From a virus, in IMG/VR virus record IMGVR_UViG_3300017987_000009, positions 1 through 64,000 of that record: a DNA stretch of 64,000 nucleotides; one strand, given 5' to 3'. Below the pieces are notes generated by a model. It had not been told where the DNA came from. It ran no database searches and worked only from the letters and a program-made list of their open reading frames with translations. Below, one piece after another: positions 9,217 through 19,129 of this stretch (the stretch's first letter is position 1; every line of letters begins with the position of its first letter). The position numbers and the translations under genes are program-made.

Positions 9217-10023
9217 GTGGCGCACAAGGAATATGGACAGACCGGGGTCGCCTCCGAGGTAGAGTTCGGAAAGGGCGGTCCCAAACTCAAGGACGAGTCG
9301 GGTAAGCTCACGGCGTACCAGAACGACGGCGCGACGTTGCAGGAGGTGGAGGGCGCGGCGCCGACCGGCCCTAACGCTTTCGCGACGAGGGAGTACGTCG
9401 ACACCCGCTCTGGTGCGCCGGTCACCGGGCAGATCCCCGGAAGTTCGCCGCCTGCGGTGGTGGACGGTGCGTTCTACATCTGCACCGAGACCGGCGGGGC
9501 ATACACCGAGAAGAATCTGTATTACGGCAAGGGTGGTAGCTGGATCGAGAAGGTGCCCGTCGAGGGAATGACGATCCACGTTACCGACGCCCTGACCGGG
9601 TACAACCAGGAGTACCTCGCGGACCACGTTTACATCTGGGACGCCGACGCCTCGACGTGGAACGACATCGGGCCGTACAACACGAAAACCGTCAAGACGG
9701 AGCGCGTCACGTTGGCGTTCGGCGACACGGGCGTCAATAACATCGGCTCCGCGCTTCCGGCGAACGCGCGGGTGCGGTCGGTCAAGGCGAACGTCACGCA
9801 GACCTTCGACGGCACCACCCCGGTGCTGAAGGTCGGGGACGCCTCCGACGACGACCGACACATGACGGAAGCGGAGAACGACCTGGAGACGGTCGGGCTG
9901 TACCAAACCGAGGTCGCGCACCTGTACGGGTCGCAGACGCAGGTGACCGCCACGCTCACGATCGGCGGCACGCCGACACAAGGCGCGGTGGCGTTGGAGA
10001 TCGAGTACTCGTTGGTCGGGTAG
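9217..10023 (+). CDS. Hypothetical virion structural protein (possible decoration/fibre)
   Basis: SD AAGGAG + GTG. FATREYVD fibre-type motif; beta-rich C-terminal domain. Confidence 0.65.
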   Translation: MAHKEYGQTGVASEVEFGKGGPKLKDESGKLTAYQNDGATLQEVEGAAPTGPNAFATREYVDTRSGAPVTGQIPGSSPPAVVDGAFYICTETGGAYTEKNLYYGKGGSWIEKVPVEGMTIHVTDALTGYNQEYLADHVYIWDADASTWNDIGPYNTKTVKTERVTLAFGDTGVNNIGSALPANARVRSVKANVTQTFDGTTPVLKVGDASDDDRHMTEAENDLETVGLYQTEVAHLYGSQTQVTATLTIGGTPTQGAVALEIEYSLVG

Positions 10024-10034
10024 CCGTTGTAACC

Positions 10035-10065
10035 GCCGGGAGGTCGCTCGCTCCTTCCTCCCGGC
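10035..10065 (+). terminator. GC-rich intergenic hairpin (terminator or processing site)
   Basis: GCCGGGAGG...CCTCCCGGC inverted repeat after the 10023 stop; no U-tract. Confidence 0.35.
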
Positions 10066-10078
10066 ATGAGGTGAGTGC

Positions 10079-11803
10079 GTGGCGATAGATCTCACACTGT
10101 CCAATCTAGTTCGCACCCTTCGCGATCAGTTCAACATCGGGAAGGGCACGACGCACTACCTCAAGCGCGACGGCAACGACCTCAAGTTCAAGGATCCGAA
10201 TAACGCCGAGAAGACGCTGACGCAGCTTGCGGCGGCTGGCGGTGGCAGTTCCTTCGAGGACACCTACACGCAGGTCTCGCATGGCATCGCTCAATGGAAG
10301 TGGGTCTACAACAACGCCGGAACGTGGACACAGTCGATTACACCGGCTTCGATTTTGTCAAACCAACCGATTGGTCTTGTCATAGCGGTTACGACCGACA
10401 CGTTGACGATCCGTTTCGGCGGTTTGGTTAGCCGCCCATCGCACGGCAAGACAGTAGGCGCTTTGTACTACGCTACGGCTAGCGGTGACGATTCTACTAC
10501 TCCGTACATCAACTGGACTAAGCCAGTGATGATACCGGTAGACGCGGACACGTTACTGGTATGTCCGCAGCGGGAGTCGCCAACCCGTGTAGCTGTCGAC
10601 TCGCCATCTGGAGATCAAGACGATTACGAACCCGGCAACTCCACTCAATGGGCGGAGTGTGTAGCAGCTAGGCTCAATCCATCTGTGGACATGGCGATAA
10701 CCGGCTTCGGTGCTATTGCTAGGGTATATCCGCAACCGAAACTATTGTTCAACATCAGTACCGCGTATACGATAATGCTGAAGCACGAAGACAGTAGCTC
10801 GTCTGCGGCAAATAGGATCTACAACGAAGGCGGTGGAAATCACGTCATAAGGCCGCAGACAGGAGCGGTTATATTCTATGACCCGACTAGCCTTAGATGG
10901 CGCTCCATCGGCCTGTGGACGCAGCCGCTTGCGATCAGCGATACGATCGCCGCGCAGGCCGATGACTATAATCCAACGGGCATTGACTACGCCGATACGC
11001 TGCGGGTTACGCTGACCGGTGACCAGGATATTACCGGATTGGTCGCTGGCGACGGCAACCTGCGCATCTGCATCGTGAATGTGGATGACATTGACGTCCT
11101 CACGTTCAAGCACGAGGATGCCAGCTCCACGGCCGCTAACCGGTTCTTGTGTCCTGGCGGCTTCGACATCTGGCTTGGGCCTGGCGAGAGCATTACCTGG
11201 GAATATGACGGGACGACTTCGCGCTGGAGGCCGATCGGTCATGTGCCGACCGCGCCAATAGAGCGCGAGCAGCATCTCCCGCAGCCGGAGCAGCCGGTCG
11301 GTTACATTGACGTCAGCGCGTACCAGAACACGCCTGCGCCGAACGATCTGCGCGGTGCCATTTACAGGACGGACCGCGACATCGAGTTCAATAGGATAGC
11401 TTTGCGACGCTCTACCTCCGCGACCGGGACGATGCGCGTGGTTATCTACCAGGCACCGAATGGCGAGGCGATAGATGGTGACTGGAGCAAGGTCTACGAG
11501 GGCACTTTCGCGTGGGCTGGAACCGGCGTCATTGTCCATAGCACGGGCAGTCCGGTAAGGCTGCGCAAGGGGCGATTCGCCTTTCTATTTGGCATGACCA
11601 CATTGGTCTATTTCTGGATCGACTGCTACATCATCGGCGCTGTCAACATGATCAACACCACCATGCCCGCGGAGGTTTATCCTGGCAACTTCGAGACGTC
11701 GATCGATGCCGGTTCAACCGCGCCTGCGTTATTCGATCCGGTTGCCGACGCGTCGGCAGATACTGGCAACCACACCCCTATCCTTCGGTTCAGGAGCAGC
11801 TGA
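10079..11803 (+). CDS. Fibre-like virion protein with an internal tandem domain duplication
   Basis: Two copies of DDY.P...ITG...KHED.SS.AANR...YD.T..RWR.IG; visibly lower GC. Confidence 0.65.
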   Translation: MAIDLTLSNLVRTLRDQFNIGKGTTHYLKRDGNDLKFKDPNNAEKTLTQLAAAGGGSSFEDTYTQVSHGIAQWKWVYNNAGTWTQSITPASILSNQPIGLVIAVTTDTLTIRFGGLVSRPSHGKTVGALYYATASGDDSTTPYINWTKPVMIPVDADTLLVCPQRESPTRVAVDSPSGDQDDYEPGNSTQWAECVAARLNPSVDMAITGFGAIARVYPQPKLLFNISTAYTIMLKHEDSSSSAANRIYNEGGGNHVIRPQTGAVIFYDPTSLRWRSIGLWTQPLAISDTIAAQADDYNPTGIDYADTLRVTLTGDQDITGLVAGDGNLRICIVNVDDIDVLTFKHEDASSTAANRFLCPGGFDIWLGPGESITWEYDGTTSRWRPIGHVPTAPIEREQHLPQPEQPVGYIDVSAYQNTPAPNDLRGAIYRTDRDIEFNRIALRRSTSATGTMRVVIYQAPNGEAIDGDWSKVYEGTFAWAGTGVIVHSTGSPVRLRKGRFAFLFGMTTLVYFWIDCYIIGAVNMINTTMPAEVYPGNFETSIDAGSTAPALFDPVADASADTGNHTPILRFRSS

Positions 11804-12120
11804 TGATCGTGAAGCGTTACAGGATGAGACTCGCGCTGGTGTCGGAAATCGTCCGCGGTCAGTTCGACGAGTATGTTCGTGCGGATGAGATCACCGGCAT
11901 CGCCTTCGACGGACCCTATGTGGAGCAGGATCTCAAGTTGAAGGACGGCTGTGACCAGTCCATCGTAGATAACATGCACGCGAGGATGCTCGCGGCAGGC
12001 TGGGAGTACGTCGAGGACGACCCGTCCACGCAGCCGACCATCGTGTGCTGCGACGCAGATGGCAAGGAGACGCGACTGGAAGATGCCCTGAAGGACGTTG
12101 TGACGGCGCGGGAGCCGTAG
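11803..12120 (+). CDS. Hypothetical protein (possible fibre chaperone)
   Basis: TGATG overlap with the upstream gene. Confidence 0.6.
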   Translation: MIVKRYRMRLALVSEIVRGQFDEYVRADEITGIAFDGPYVEQDLKLKDGCDQSIVDNMHARMLAAGWEYVEDDPSTQPTIVCCDADGKETRLEDALKDVVTAREP

Positions 12121-12128
12121 GAGGAAGC

Positions 12129-12401
12129 GTGGCGGTATCGCATGAGAAGATCGTCGACCTGATCGGCGAGGTGAACGGGGTCAACAAGAACTTCACAACT
12201 CCCGCGGAGTTCATCGCGGGCACCGAGCGCGCGATCGTCAACGGCGTGCTGTACCACGAGTCCGACCTGTACTTCGGCTGGTCGCGCATCTCGACTACGG
12301 AGATCCAGTTCGCCAAGGCGCCGCAAGCGGGATGGGGACTTCAGCTGTTCATGCAGGAGGCCGAGATGCAGGGGAGCCCGTTCGGCCCGGGCGAGGAGTA
12401 G
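12129..12401 (+). CDS. Small virion protein
   Basis: SD AGGAGG + GTG 12129; LIGEVNGVNKNFT..VNGVL..IQFAKAP resembles small phage structural beta-domains. Confidence 0.65.
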   Translation: MAVSHEKIVDLIGEVNGVNKNFTTPAEFIAGTERAIVNGVLYHESDLYFGWSRISTTEIQFAKAPQAGWGLQLFMQEAEMQGSPFGPGEE

Positions 12402-12404
12402 ACC

Positions 12405-13502
12405 GTGCCAGCCTTCGAGCGAGAGCAGATCCTGACGCAGAACGACCTCAACTGGTACCTCGAGGTGGCCGGCACGCTGACCGACCCGTACGAGATCAGC
12501 TACCAGATCTGGGACATCGTCGACGACCCGACCGGCGGCACGCAGATATTCCCTGCCACGCCGGACGAGTGGGAGGACGTCACGGCCGGCGGCCGGTTCG
12601 GCACCGGCAAGTTCTACACCTACGACAACGCCGAGGCGCGCGGGTACCAGATACCGGCCGACGCCAGGATCGGGTCGTACCGCGTCAAGTGGAGGTGGAA
12701 GGCGGCGGAGACCAGCCCGTACCGGTACGGGCAGGAGGACTTCAACGTCGTCCTCGAGGCCGGCGGCGTCGACACCTACATTGACATCTCCGACGTGCGA
12801 GCGGCCGGCGTCGCCGTCGACGTGGCGAGCGACTCCGAGGTCCTCGCCTCGATCCTGCTCTGGCAGGAGTTCTTCGACCGCGCTTGCCGCCAGTGGTTCC
12901 TGCCGCGCGAGCTCACGATCCAGTTCGACGGGAACAACAGCGACGTGGTCCACCTGGGAGTGCCGGTCGTCTCCGTCGAGTACCTGCGGATCAACGGGTC
13001 GTCGAACGACCTGGACGCCTCGCTCTACGAAGTATACGGGAACGCGGCCAGCTACCCGATGCACCGCCGCAACCCTCGGATCAAGCTCAAGCACTCGACG
13101 CAGGTCACGGACATTCACGTCGCGCCCTACTCCTACGGCGAGCTGAAGTTCTGGAAGGGCTACAAGAACCAGGTCGTCAAGGGGATCTTCGGCTACGTCG
13201 AGCCGGACCTCAGCGCGCCCCTGCTGATCCAGCGCGGGCTCCTGAAGCTGGTCTGCGAGAAGCTGACCAGGCCCATCGTCCCCGGCGACGACGCGCCCGA
13301 GCCGTCGTCCACGACCTTCGCCGGCGTCGTCGTCGAGGAGAAGACGGATGGCCACAGCATCAAGTACGGCGGCGGCGTGACCTACAACGCGCGGCGGCCG
13401 GGGCTGTCCGGCATAACGTCCGACCCCGAGATCCTAGATATTATCAAACTGCACCGCGCGCCTCTCGGCATCGCGATGCCGTCGCACTGGTCGTACTACT
13501 AA
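12405..13502 (+). CDS. Head-tail adaptor (gp6/gp15-like) with extra N-terminal domain
   Basis: YIDISDVR..FFDRACRQWF..PVVSVEYL..NQVVKGIFGY..PLLIQRGLLKLV pattern; position after head genes. Confidence 0.7.
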   Translation: MPAFEREQILTQNDLNWYLEVAGTLTDPYEISYQIWDIVDDPTGGTQIFPATPDEWEDVTAGGRFGTGKFYTYDNAEARGYQIPADARIGSYRVKWRWKAAETSPYRYGQEDFNVVLEAGGVDTYIDISDVRAAGVAVDVASDSEVLASILLWQEFFDRACRQWFLPRELTIQFDGNNSDVVHLGVPVVSVEYLRINGSSNDLDASLYEVYGNAASYPMHRRNPRIKLKHSTQVTDIHVAPYSYGELKFWKGYKNQVVKGIFGYVEPDLSAPLLIQRGLLKLVCEKLTRPIVPGDDAPEPSSTTFAGVVVEEKTDGHSIKYGGGVTYNARRPGLSGITSDPEILDIIKLHRAPLGIAMPSHWSYY

Positions 13503-13518
13503 GGGAGAGAGGTTCCTA

Positions 13519-13932
13519 ATGGTGATGCGCCGGCCGAAGCTGATCCACCCTGTCGACGTCGTCCTCGAGCAGGTCGACGACGGCGAGACAGCGTGGGACG
13601 ACCAGGCGCGCGAGCCAGTGTTCCAGGCGGCGCACAGCGCGGCCGTCACGCTCAAGGGGCAGGCGAGCTACGGGTCGAGCGCGGACCTGTCGTTCGAGCG
13701 CGCCGGCCGGAGGGAGAACGAGAGCGGCTACGTCCTGTTCCGCACCGCCGACCTCGAGGCCGCCGGCGTGGCGCTGCGACCCAACGACCGGATCACCAAG
13801 GTCGGCAACGTCGACCACGACGTCTACATCACGAGGCTCGAGCCCAAGGGGCACTACCCGAAGTTCGGGCACACCCTGGTCAAGGCGTACTTCGCCGACC
13901 GGAAACCCGAGAAGCAGAGGAGGACAGCATGA
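13519..13932 (+). CDS. Head-tail stopper / head closure protein
   Basis: Size and position after adaptor; LRPNDRITKVG..YITRLEPKGHY. Confidence 0.65.
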   Translation: MVMRRPKLIHPVDVVLEQVDDGETAWDDQAREPVFQAAHSAAVTLKGQASYGSSADLSFERAGRRENESGYVLFRTADLEAAGVALRPNDRITKVGNVDHDVYITRLEPKGHYPKFGHTLVKAYFADRKPEKQRRTA

Positions 13933-14345
13933 TCGGACCAACTTCAACCCGGACCGTCGAGGTCCACAAGGCGGACATCCCGCTGCTGGACGGCGAGACG
14001 ATCCAGATGTACGAGCGCAAGCTGCGCGCCGACCTGCAGAAGCGGTTCGGCAAGAAGCCGACGAAGAAGAGCGAGGCGTCGGTCTACGTCTGGCCGCGCG
14101 CCGTGTTCGCGGACCGGGTGGTCATCGACAAGGACGAGCTGGGGATCGGCGACTCCAGCGAGCGCCTGTTCTCCGTGGCCTACACGCGGAAGGACGACGG
14201 CGCCTTCGACTTCGGCGAGCTCGTGGCCGTGCGCGAGCAGGTCAGCTTCGTCCCGATGGCGAAGTCCGAGGGCGGCGAGGGCGGCGCGGCCGACGAGGTC
14301 GAGACCGTGAAAGTCGACGGCCTCTGGGACAACCTGCCGCTCTGA
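13929..14345 (+). CDS. Hypothetical protein ending in the scaffold-like tag LWDNLPL (candidate capsid cargo)
   Basis: ATGA overlap at 13929, SD GAGGAGGA; C-terminus matches scaffold FWKDLPL. Confidence 0.8.
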   Translation: MIGPTSTRTVEVHKADIPLLDGETIQMYERKLRADLQKRFGKKPTKKSEASVYVWPRAVFADRVVIDKDELGIGDSSERLFSVAYTRKDDGAFDFGELVAVREQVSFVPMAKSEGGEGGAADEVETVKVDGLWDNLPL

Positions 14346-14346
14346 G

Positions 14347-14985
14347 ATGGCGACGCTGTTCCTAAAGGGCTGGAAGGGCTTCTCGAAGGCGATCGATCCG
14401 AAGCACGCGGGCCCGATCCTCAAGAAGCACGTCGGCCGCGCCACCGCGCGCAACGGGCACGCGGTGCGCAAGCTCGTCCGGCAGTACATCAAGGCGGGCG
14501 TGCCGCCGGAGAACAAGCCGCTGACCGCGCTGTTCAAGAAGGGCTCGACCCACCCGATCACCGGGACGCCCGGCGCCGACCTCTTCAACTCCATCGCCTC
14601 GGTGGTACACGACTGGCGGACCGCGTACGTCGGCGCGACCCGCGCGGAGGGCGACGCCAACATCGCCGAGATCGTCCACGAGGGCCGCGTCATCAAGGTC
14701 ACCGACAAGATGCGCGGCATGTTCTGGCTGCTCTGGCTGGTCTCGCGAGGGCGCGTCAGCCCCGAGAAGCTGACGGGCCGCGCGGCCGAGATTTACCAGC
14801 AGACCGACGGGGCCAAGGGAATCAAGCCGATCGCGAAGGCAACGCAGGCTATCGTCATCCCGAGGCGACCGTATCTGCAAGACGTGATAGAAGATCCGAC
14901 GACGCACCAGGTCCTCGACACCAACTGGACCAGGGCGGTAGCCGCCACGCTGAAAGAGATGGCGGAGAAGGGGATGAAGGTCTAG
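14347..14985 (+). CDS. Tail completion / virion morphogenesis protein
   Basis: Basic protein; NIAEIVHEG and IPRRPYL motifs; neck position. Confidence 0.65.
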   Translation: MATLFLKGWKGFSKAIDPKHAGPILKKHVGRATARNGHAVRKLVRQYIKAGVPPENKPLTALFKKGSTHPITGTPGADLFNSIASVVHDWRTAYVGATRAEGDANIAEIVHEGRVIKVTDKMRGMFWLLWLVSRGRVSPEKLTGRAAEIYQQTDGAKGIKPIAKATQAIVIPRRPYLQDVIEDPTTHQVLDTNWTRAVAATLKEMAEKGMKV

Positions 14986-16239
14986 GTGGAACTGCGCAGC
15001 TTCATAAAGCTTTTCACCTGGGAGGAGGGCGACCGCGACCGTGTCACGCTCGGCGACGGCACGCGGATCAACCCAGCCACGCACCGCGCGCAGCTCGGCT
15101 CCTACGACAGCGACGTCTACCCGACCGACGACGACCTGCACGTCAAGTCCTGGGTGGCGAACCCGCAGGCCGTCCGCCAGTGGCAGGGCTTCGAGGCGGA
15201 CGTGCGGCACAAGAGGATCGACGGCGAGACGGTCACGTCGGCGGGCTTCCGCCTGGGCGACGGCACCGACGAGTACTACTGGGACGGCGGCGCCTGGGCC
15301 GTCGCCGGCGCGAGCGACTGGAACACGGAGGTCGAGGTCGCGGCGAACATCTCGTCGTTCCCCGCCACGGCCCGCAAGCTGCAGGTGGTCGTCAACCTCA
15401 AGACGACCGACTCGTCGGCCACGCCCGAGCTCGTCTGCGTCAAGGTCCTGTTCGGCGCGCTGCTGGACGACGAGATCGAGGACATCGTGCTCCGGTCGCT
15501 GGCCCCGGCGCTGGAGGCGCTGCGGCCGGTCACGCGGCTGGACCTCAAGAAGGCGGGCGCCGACGACAAGGTCAAGCTCGGCGACTACCGGATCGACACC
15601 GGGTACGAGCTCCTCGACGTCGACGCGGTTTTCAACGAGACGGACGACCCGGACCACAACACCGACCTGTACTCCAGCCACACCTCGAACCCGGACGGTA
15701 CGATCGACGAGATCACGCTGACGGGCGCCGTCGCGGACGGCAAGCGGCTGCGGCTTCGCATGAGGTACAAGCCGGTCGTGGCGGTCTCGACCAGCCGCGA
15801 CTACCACGAGGTCGAGCACGTCCCGTCGATCCTGATCGACTCGATCGTCTACTCCGGGCGGGAGCTGTGGGGCGAAGACCACGTCGGGAACAAGGGCGAC
15901 GGCACCGCCAAGGTCATCCCGGCCCCTCTGCAGGGGCGTCTCGAGTTCGACATGACGGGGGTCGCGGCCCTGCTAGTCGACCACCTCCGCCTCCAGAAGA
16001 AGGTGACAGAGTTCTTCGGCGCCAACCACACGATAGTCTCGACAGGGCTGGACGAGTCGTATAGGCTGTGGCTTGTAGACGAGCACGAGCACAGGGCCGT
16101 CTCGAACGCGGAGGATCTACACTCTTGGCGGAAAACCTTTAGGATCGAGGACTTCAGGGTGTGGGCGAGGGGAGTCGAGGACGGCTACCTGGTCCAACGC
16201 TTCAAGCTCACTGGCGACCTGAACGCCACGGTGCAGTAG
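14986..16239 (+). CDS. Putative tail terminator with additional domains
   Basis: Immediately before sheath; the C-terminal PSILI..PAP..LEFDM..LQKKVTEFF region resembles terminators. Confidence 0.5.
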   Translation: MELRSFIKLFTWEEGDRDRVTLGDGTRINPATHRAQLGSYDSDVYPTDDDLHVKSWVANPQAVRQWQGFEADVRHKRIDGETVTSAGFRLGDGTDEYYWDGGAWAVAGASDWNTEVEVAANISSFPATARKLQVVVNLKTTDSSATPELVCVKVLFGALLDDEIEDIVLRSLAPALEALRPVTRLDLKKAGADDKVKLGDYRIDTGYELLDVDAVFNETDDPDHNTDLYSSHTSNPDGTIDEITLTGAVADGKRLRLRMRYKPVVAVSTSRDYHEVEHVPSILIDSIVYSGRELWGEDHVGNKGDGTAKVIPAPLQGRLEFDMTGVAALLVDHLRLQKKVTEFFGANHTIVSTGLDESYRLWLVDEHEHRAVSNAEDLHSWRKTFRIEDFRVWARGVEDGYLVQRFKLTGDLNATVQ

Positions 16240-16258
16240 GAAGGAAAAGGAGAGGGTC

Positions 16259-18577
16259 ATGGCAGATAAGATTTACGGTCCGGTACGTGGAGCAGGCACG
16301 CAGATCAGGGAGCGCACGGGCGACAAGCCGGTCTCTGAGGGCCAGCTCGGCTGGCGCGCGTACGCCGGCATCCTCGAGAAGGGGCCGCCCGACGAGCTCA
16401 TCTGGGCGAAGACGAAGGAGATCGCGGAGCGGAGGGTCGGGGGCTACATCGCCGATTCGCTCCTGCCGGACGCTGTCTACGACTCGTACAGGACCGGGGC
16501 GGGCGCCGGCGGCGTGCTGCTCAAGCGCGTGACCGACGGCAACGAGGTCCAGGCGCAGGCGACGCTGTACTCGCGGCGCGGCTCGCTGCTCACGCCGATG
16601 GGCACGCTCAAGGCCCACAACGGCGGGAACTGGGGCGGCAAGCTCAAGCGGTACTCTGCCGACCTCTCGGCGATCGGCAAGCTCGCCAACACCACGCTCG
16701 ACACCGAGGACACCACCTCGTTCAAGAAGGACGAGTGGAAGGGCGGCTACGTCCAGCTCAGCGGCGGGGCGAACCCCGCGAAACAGTACCCGATCGTCGG
16801 CAACACCGCCGACGGCGTCGTCACCGTGGCGTCGGACCAGACGATGCTCGACGACCTGAACGCCGGCACACCGGCCGACCTGCGCTACTACCTCGTGCGC
16901 GAGAACGAGGCGAAGGCCGTCAGCTACGTCATCCGCGACGGCGACGAGAACCCCGACAGCGAGTGGGCGCTCGACATCTACGTCGACGGCACCCTTGTCA
17001 GCTCGTACCCCAACCTGCACACCGACCCGACCCACGCGCGGTACTGGGTCAACGTCATCAACAACGACACGGCGAACTACGAGGTGGAGGCGGTCGACCT
17101 GTGGACCGGCGCCCACACCGCGGACGTGAGGCCGGCGAACATTTACGGGGTCATCGACACCGTCACCGCGACGGTCCTGACCCGCAAGCTGTACGACTTC
17201 ACGGTCAACTCGCCCGGCGGTGGCGATCCGACTTTCGCGCTGGGCACGACCGCCGACGAGATGGTCGCGCAGAAGATCACGGTCACCATGTCGGACGCCA
17301 CTACCGGCGTGGCCGTCAGCGACAAGTTCGGCGCGCTGGGGACCGTCACGCTGGGCACGCTGTTCGACCCTCCTGGCGGCGCCGGCGGCGCGGACAAGAA
17401 CAAGTGGGTCCCGCCCTTCACCGTGACGGCTGGTGCCTCGCCGCTCGTCGCGACCGACACGCTGGTCTTCAACTACAAGCCGTTCATCGTGGACGCGCTG
17501 ATCGGCGGGTACGTCTACCCGGACAAACCCAACTCGAAGCGGGAGAAGTACCGGATCGTCGACAACGACCACGAGAGCCTGACCGCGGCGGACGGCTCCG
17601 ACCTGACCGCGAGCGGCGCGATCGGCGACGAGTTCCTGGTCGAGGCGCCGCTGGAGCTCGAGGGCGGCCGCGACGGCAACGCCGACGTGGGCGACTCCGA
17701 GTACATCCAGGCGTGGGATCCGGACACCTGCCTGTTCAACCGGGTGCGGGACCGCGGCATGGGCCTGCTCAAGCTGGCGACGCCGGGCGTCACGGCGACC
17801 GCGGTGCAGAAGGCCGGGCTGGCCTACGCCGACGCCAAGAACCACCAGTACCGGATCGAGATCCCGGACAACGTCACGACCGACGAGGCGGCCGACGCCT
17901 ACGTCAACGAGACGATCGGGCGCAGCAACTACGAGGCGGTCGCGTTCCCGTCCTACTCGTACGTGGTCGACCCCGAGGCCGGCACCTCCGTCAAGCTGAA
18001 GCTGACCTCGAGGACCGGCGAGATCCACGGCCGCGAGGCGCGGATGGCCGTCGACAACGAGGGCTACCACAAGGCCGCGGCCGGCGTGGACGCCACCCTG
18101 CCGTCCGTCGTGAAGCTGACGACGGGCGAGCGGATCATCGACGAGGAGCTGCTCAACCCGCGCGGCCTGCAGGTCCTGCGGAAGAAACAGGGCAACTTCG
18201 TCATCTGGGGCGACCGCATTCCGGCGTCAGACCCGACGTGGACCTGGAAGCACCAGCGCGAGCAGTTGTCGTACTACGAGCAGGTTCTGATCGAGAGCTA
18301 CGACTGGATCGTCTTCGCGCTGCACAACCTCGAGACGCGTCAGCGCGGGCTCCAGTCGATCCGCGAGTTCTTCCGGCGGGAGTACAAGCGGCAGGCGCTG
18401 GACAACGACTACGACTTCTCGGAGGCCGCGGTCATCAAGCTCGACGCGGAGCTCAACACGCAGGACGTCAAGGAGGCCGGCGACATGCTGTGCCACATCG
18501 CGCTGCGGCTGGTCGGGACCGTCGAGCGGTTCATCATCAGCATCGGCAAGCAGGGGATCTTCGAGTCTGTGGGGTAG
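16259..18577 (+). CDS. Contractile tail sheath protein
   Basis: YAGILEKGP N-terminus, LEGGRDG, and LNPRGLQVLRKKQGNFVIWGDR..WIVFALHN sheath C-terminal motifs. Confidence 0.92.
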   Translation: MADKIYGPVRGAGTQIRERTGDKPVSEGQLGWRAYAGILEKGPPDELIWAKTKEIAERRVGGYIADSLLPDAVYDSYRTGAGAGGVLLKRVTDGNEVQAQATLYSRRGSLLTPMGTLKAHNGGNWGGKLKRYSADLSAIGKLANTTLDTEDTTSFKKDEWKGGYVQLSGGANPAKQYPIVGNTADGVVTVASDQTMLDDLNAGTPADLRYYLVRENEAKAVSYVIRDGDENPDSEWALDIYVDGTLVSSYPNLHTDPTHARYWVNVINNDTANYEVEAVDLWTGAHTADVRPANIYGVIDTVTATVLTRKLYDFTVNSPGGGDPTFALGTTADEMVAQKITVTMSDATTGVAVSDKFGALGTVTLGTLFDPPGGAGGADKNKWVPPFTVTAGASPLVATDTLVFNYKPFIVDALIGGYVYPDKPNSKREKYRIVDNDHESLTAADGSDLTASGAIGDEFLVEAPLELEGGRDGNADVGDSEYIQAWDPDTCLFNRVRDRGMGLLKLATPGVTATAVQKAGLAYADAKNHQYRIEIPDNVTTDEAADAYVNETIGRSNYEAVAFPSYSYVVDPEAGTSVKLKLTSRTGEIHGREARMAVDNEGYHKAAAGVDATLPSVVKLTTGERIIDEELLNPRGLQVLRKKQGNFVIWGDRIPASDPTWTWKHQREQLSYYEQVLIESYDWIVFALHNLETRQRGLQSIREFFRREYKRQALDNDYDFSEAAVIKLDAELNTQDVKEAGDMLCHIALRLVGTVERFIISIGKQGIFESVG

Positions 18578-18603
18578 AACGCCCCGTTCACTAGGAGGAG
18601 ACA

Positions 18604-19065
18604 ATGACGGCAACACTGAAGAAGGATCTAGGGAAGGCCGGGGCGTTCCTCGGGGACGAGTCCGGCGGGTACTTGAACAGCGCGCTCCGCGACTCGCTCG
18701 TGGAGATGGCGCTCGGTCCGCGCGACCTGAACGGGCACCAGGACACGGTCGCCACCGCGACTATCGCGGGTATGCTGGCGAAGCGCGCCGGGTTCCTGAC
18801 GGGGCTGCGCACCTCGGTCGGCACCTGCGGCACCGCCGACTCGACGACCGTGCAGGTCCACAAGAACGGCGCGGCCGTGACCGGGCTGGAGCTGAGTACG
18901 GCGCACGACGAGGCGGACGGCACGAAGAAGGCGGTCGCGCTGGACACGCCGGTCGCGATCGCGGCCGGGGACCTCGTGGAGCTGGTCGTGTCGGCCGCGC
19001 CCACCGCCGGGTCGGCGCTCGACGCCACCGCGGAGGTCATGCCGGACATCACGGTCGAGACGTAG
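18604..19065 (+). CDS. Hypothetical virion protein between sheath and tube
   Basis: Strong SD AGGAGGAG; Ala/Thr-rich, beta-type sequence. Confidence 0.7.
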   Translation: MTATLKKDLGKAGAFLGDESGGYLNSALRDSLVEMALGPRDLNGHQDTVATATIAGMLAKRAGFLTGLRTSVGTCGTADSTTVQVHKNGAAVTGLELSTAHDEADGTKKAVALDTPVAIAAGDLVELVVSAAPTAGSALDATAEVMPDITVET

Positions 19066-19129
19066 GCCGCGCGGCCTGCGGTAGCGATAGGCGCTGTCAA
19101 GGGGCGAACTAGCTGCAAGGAGCAGAGAC

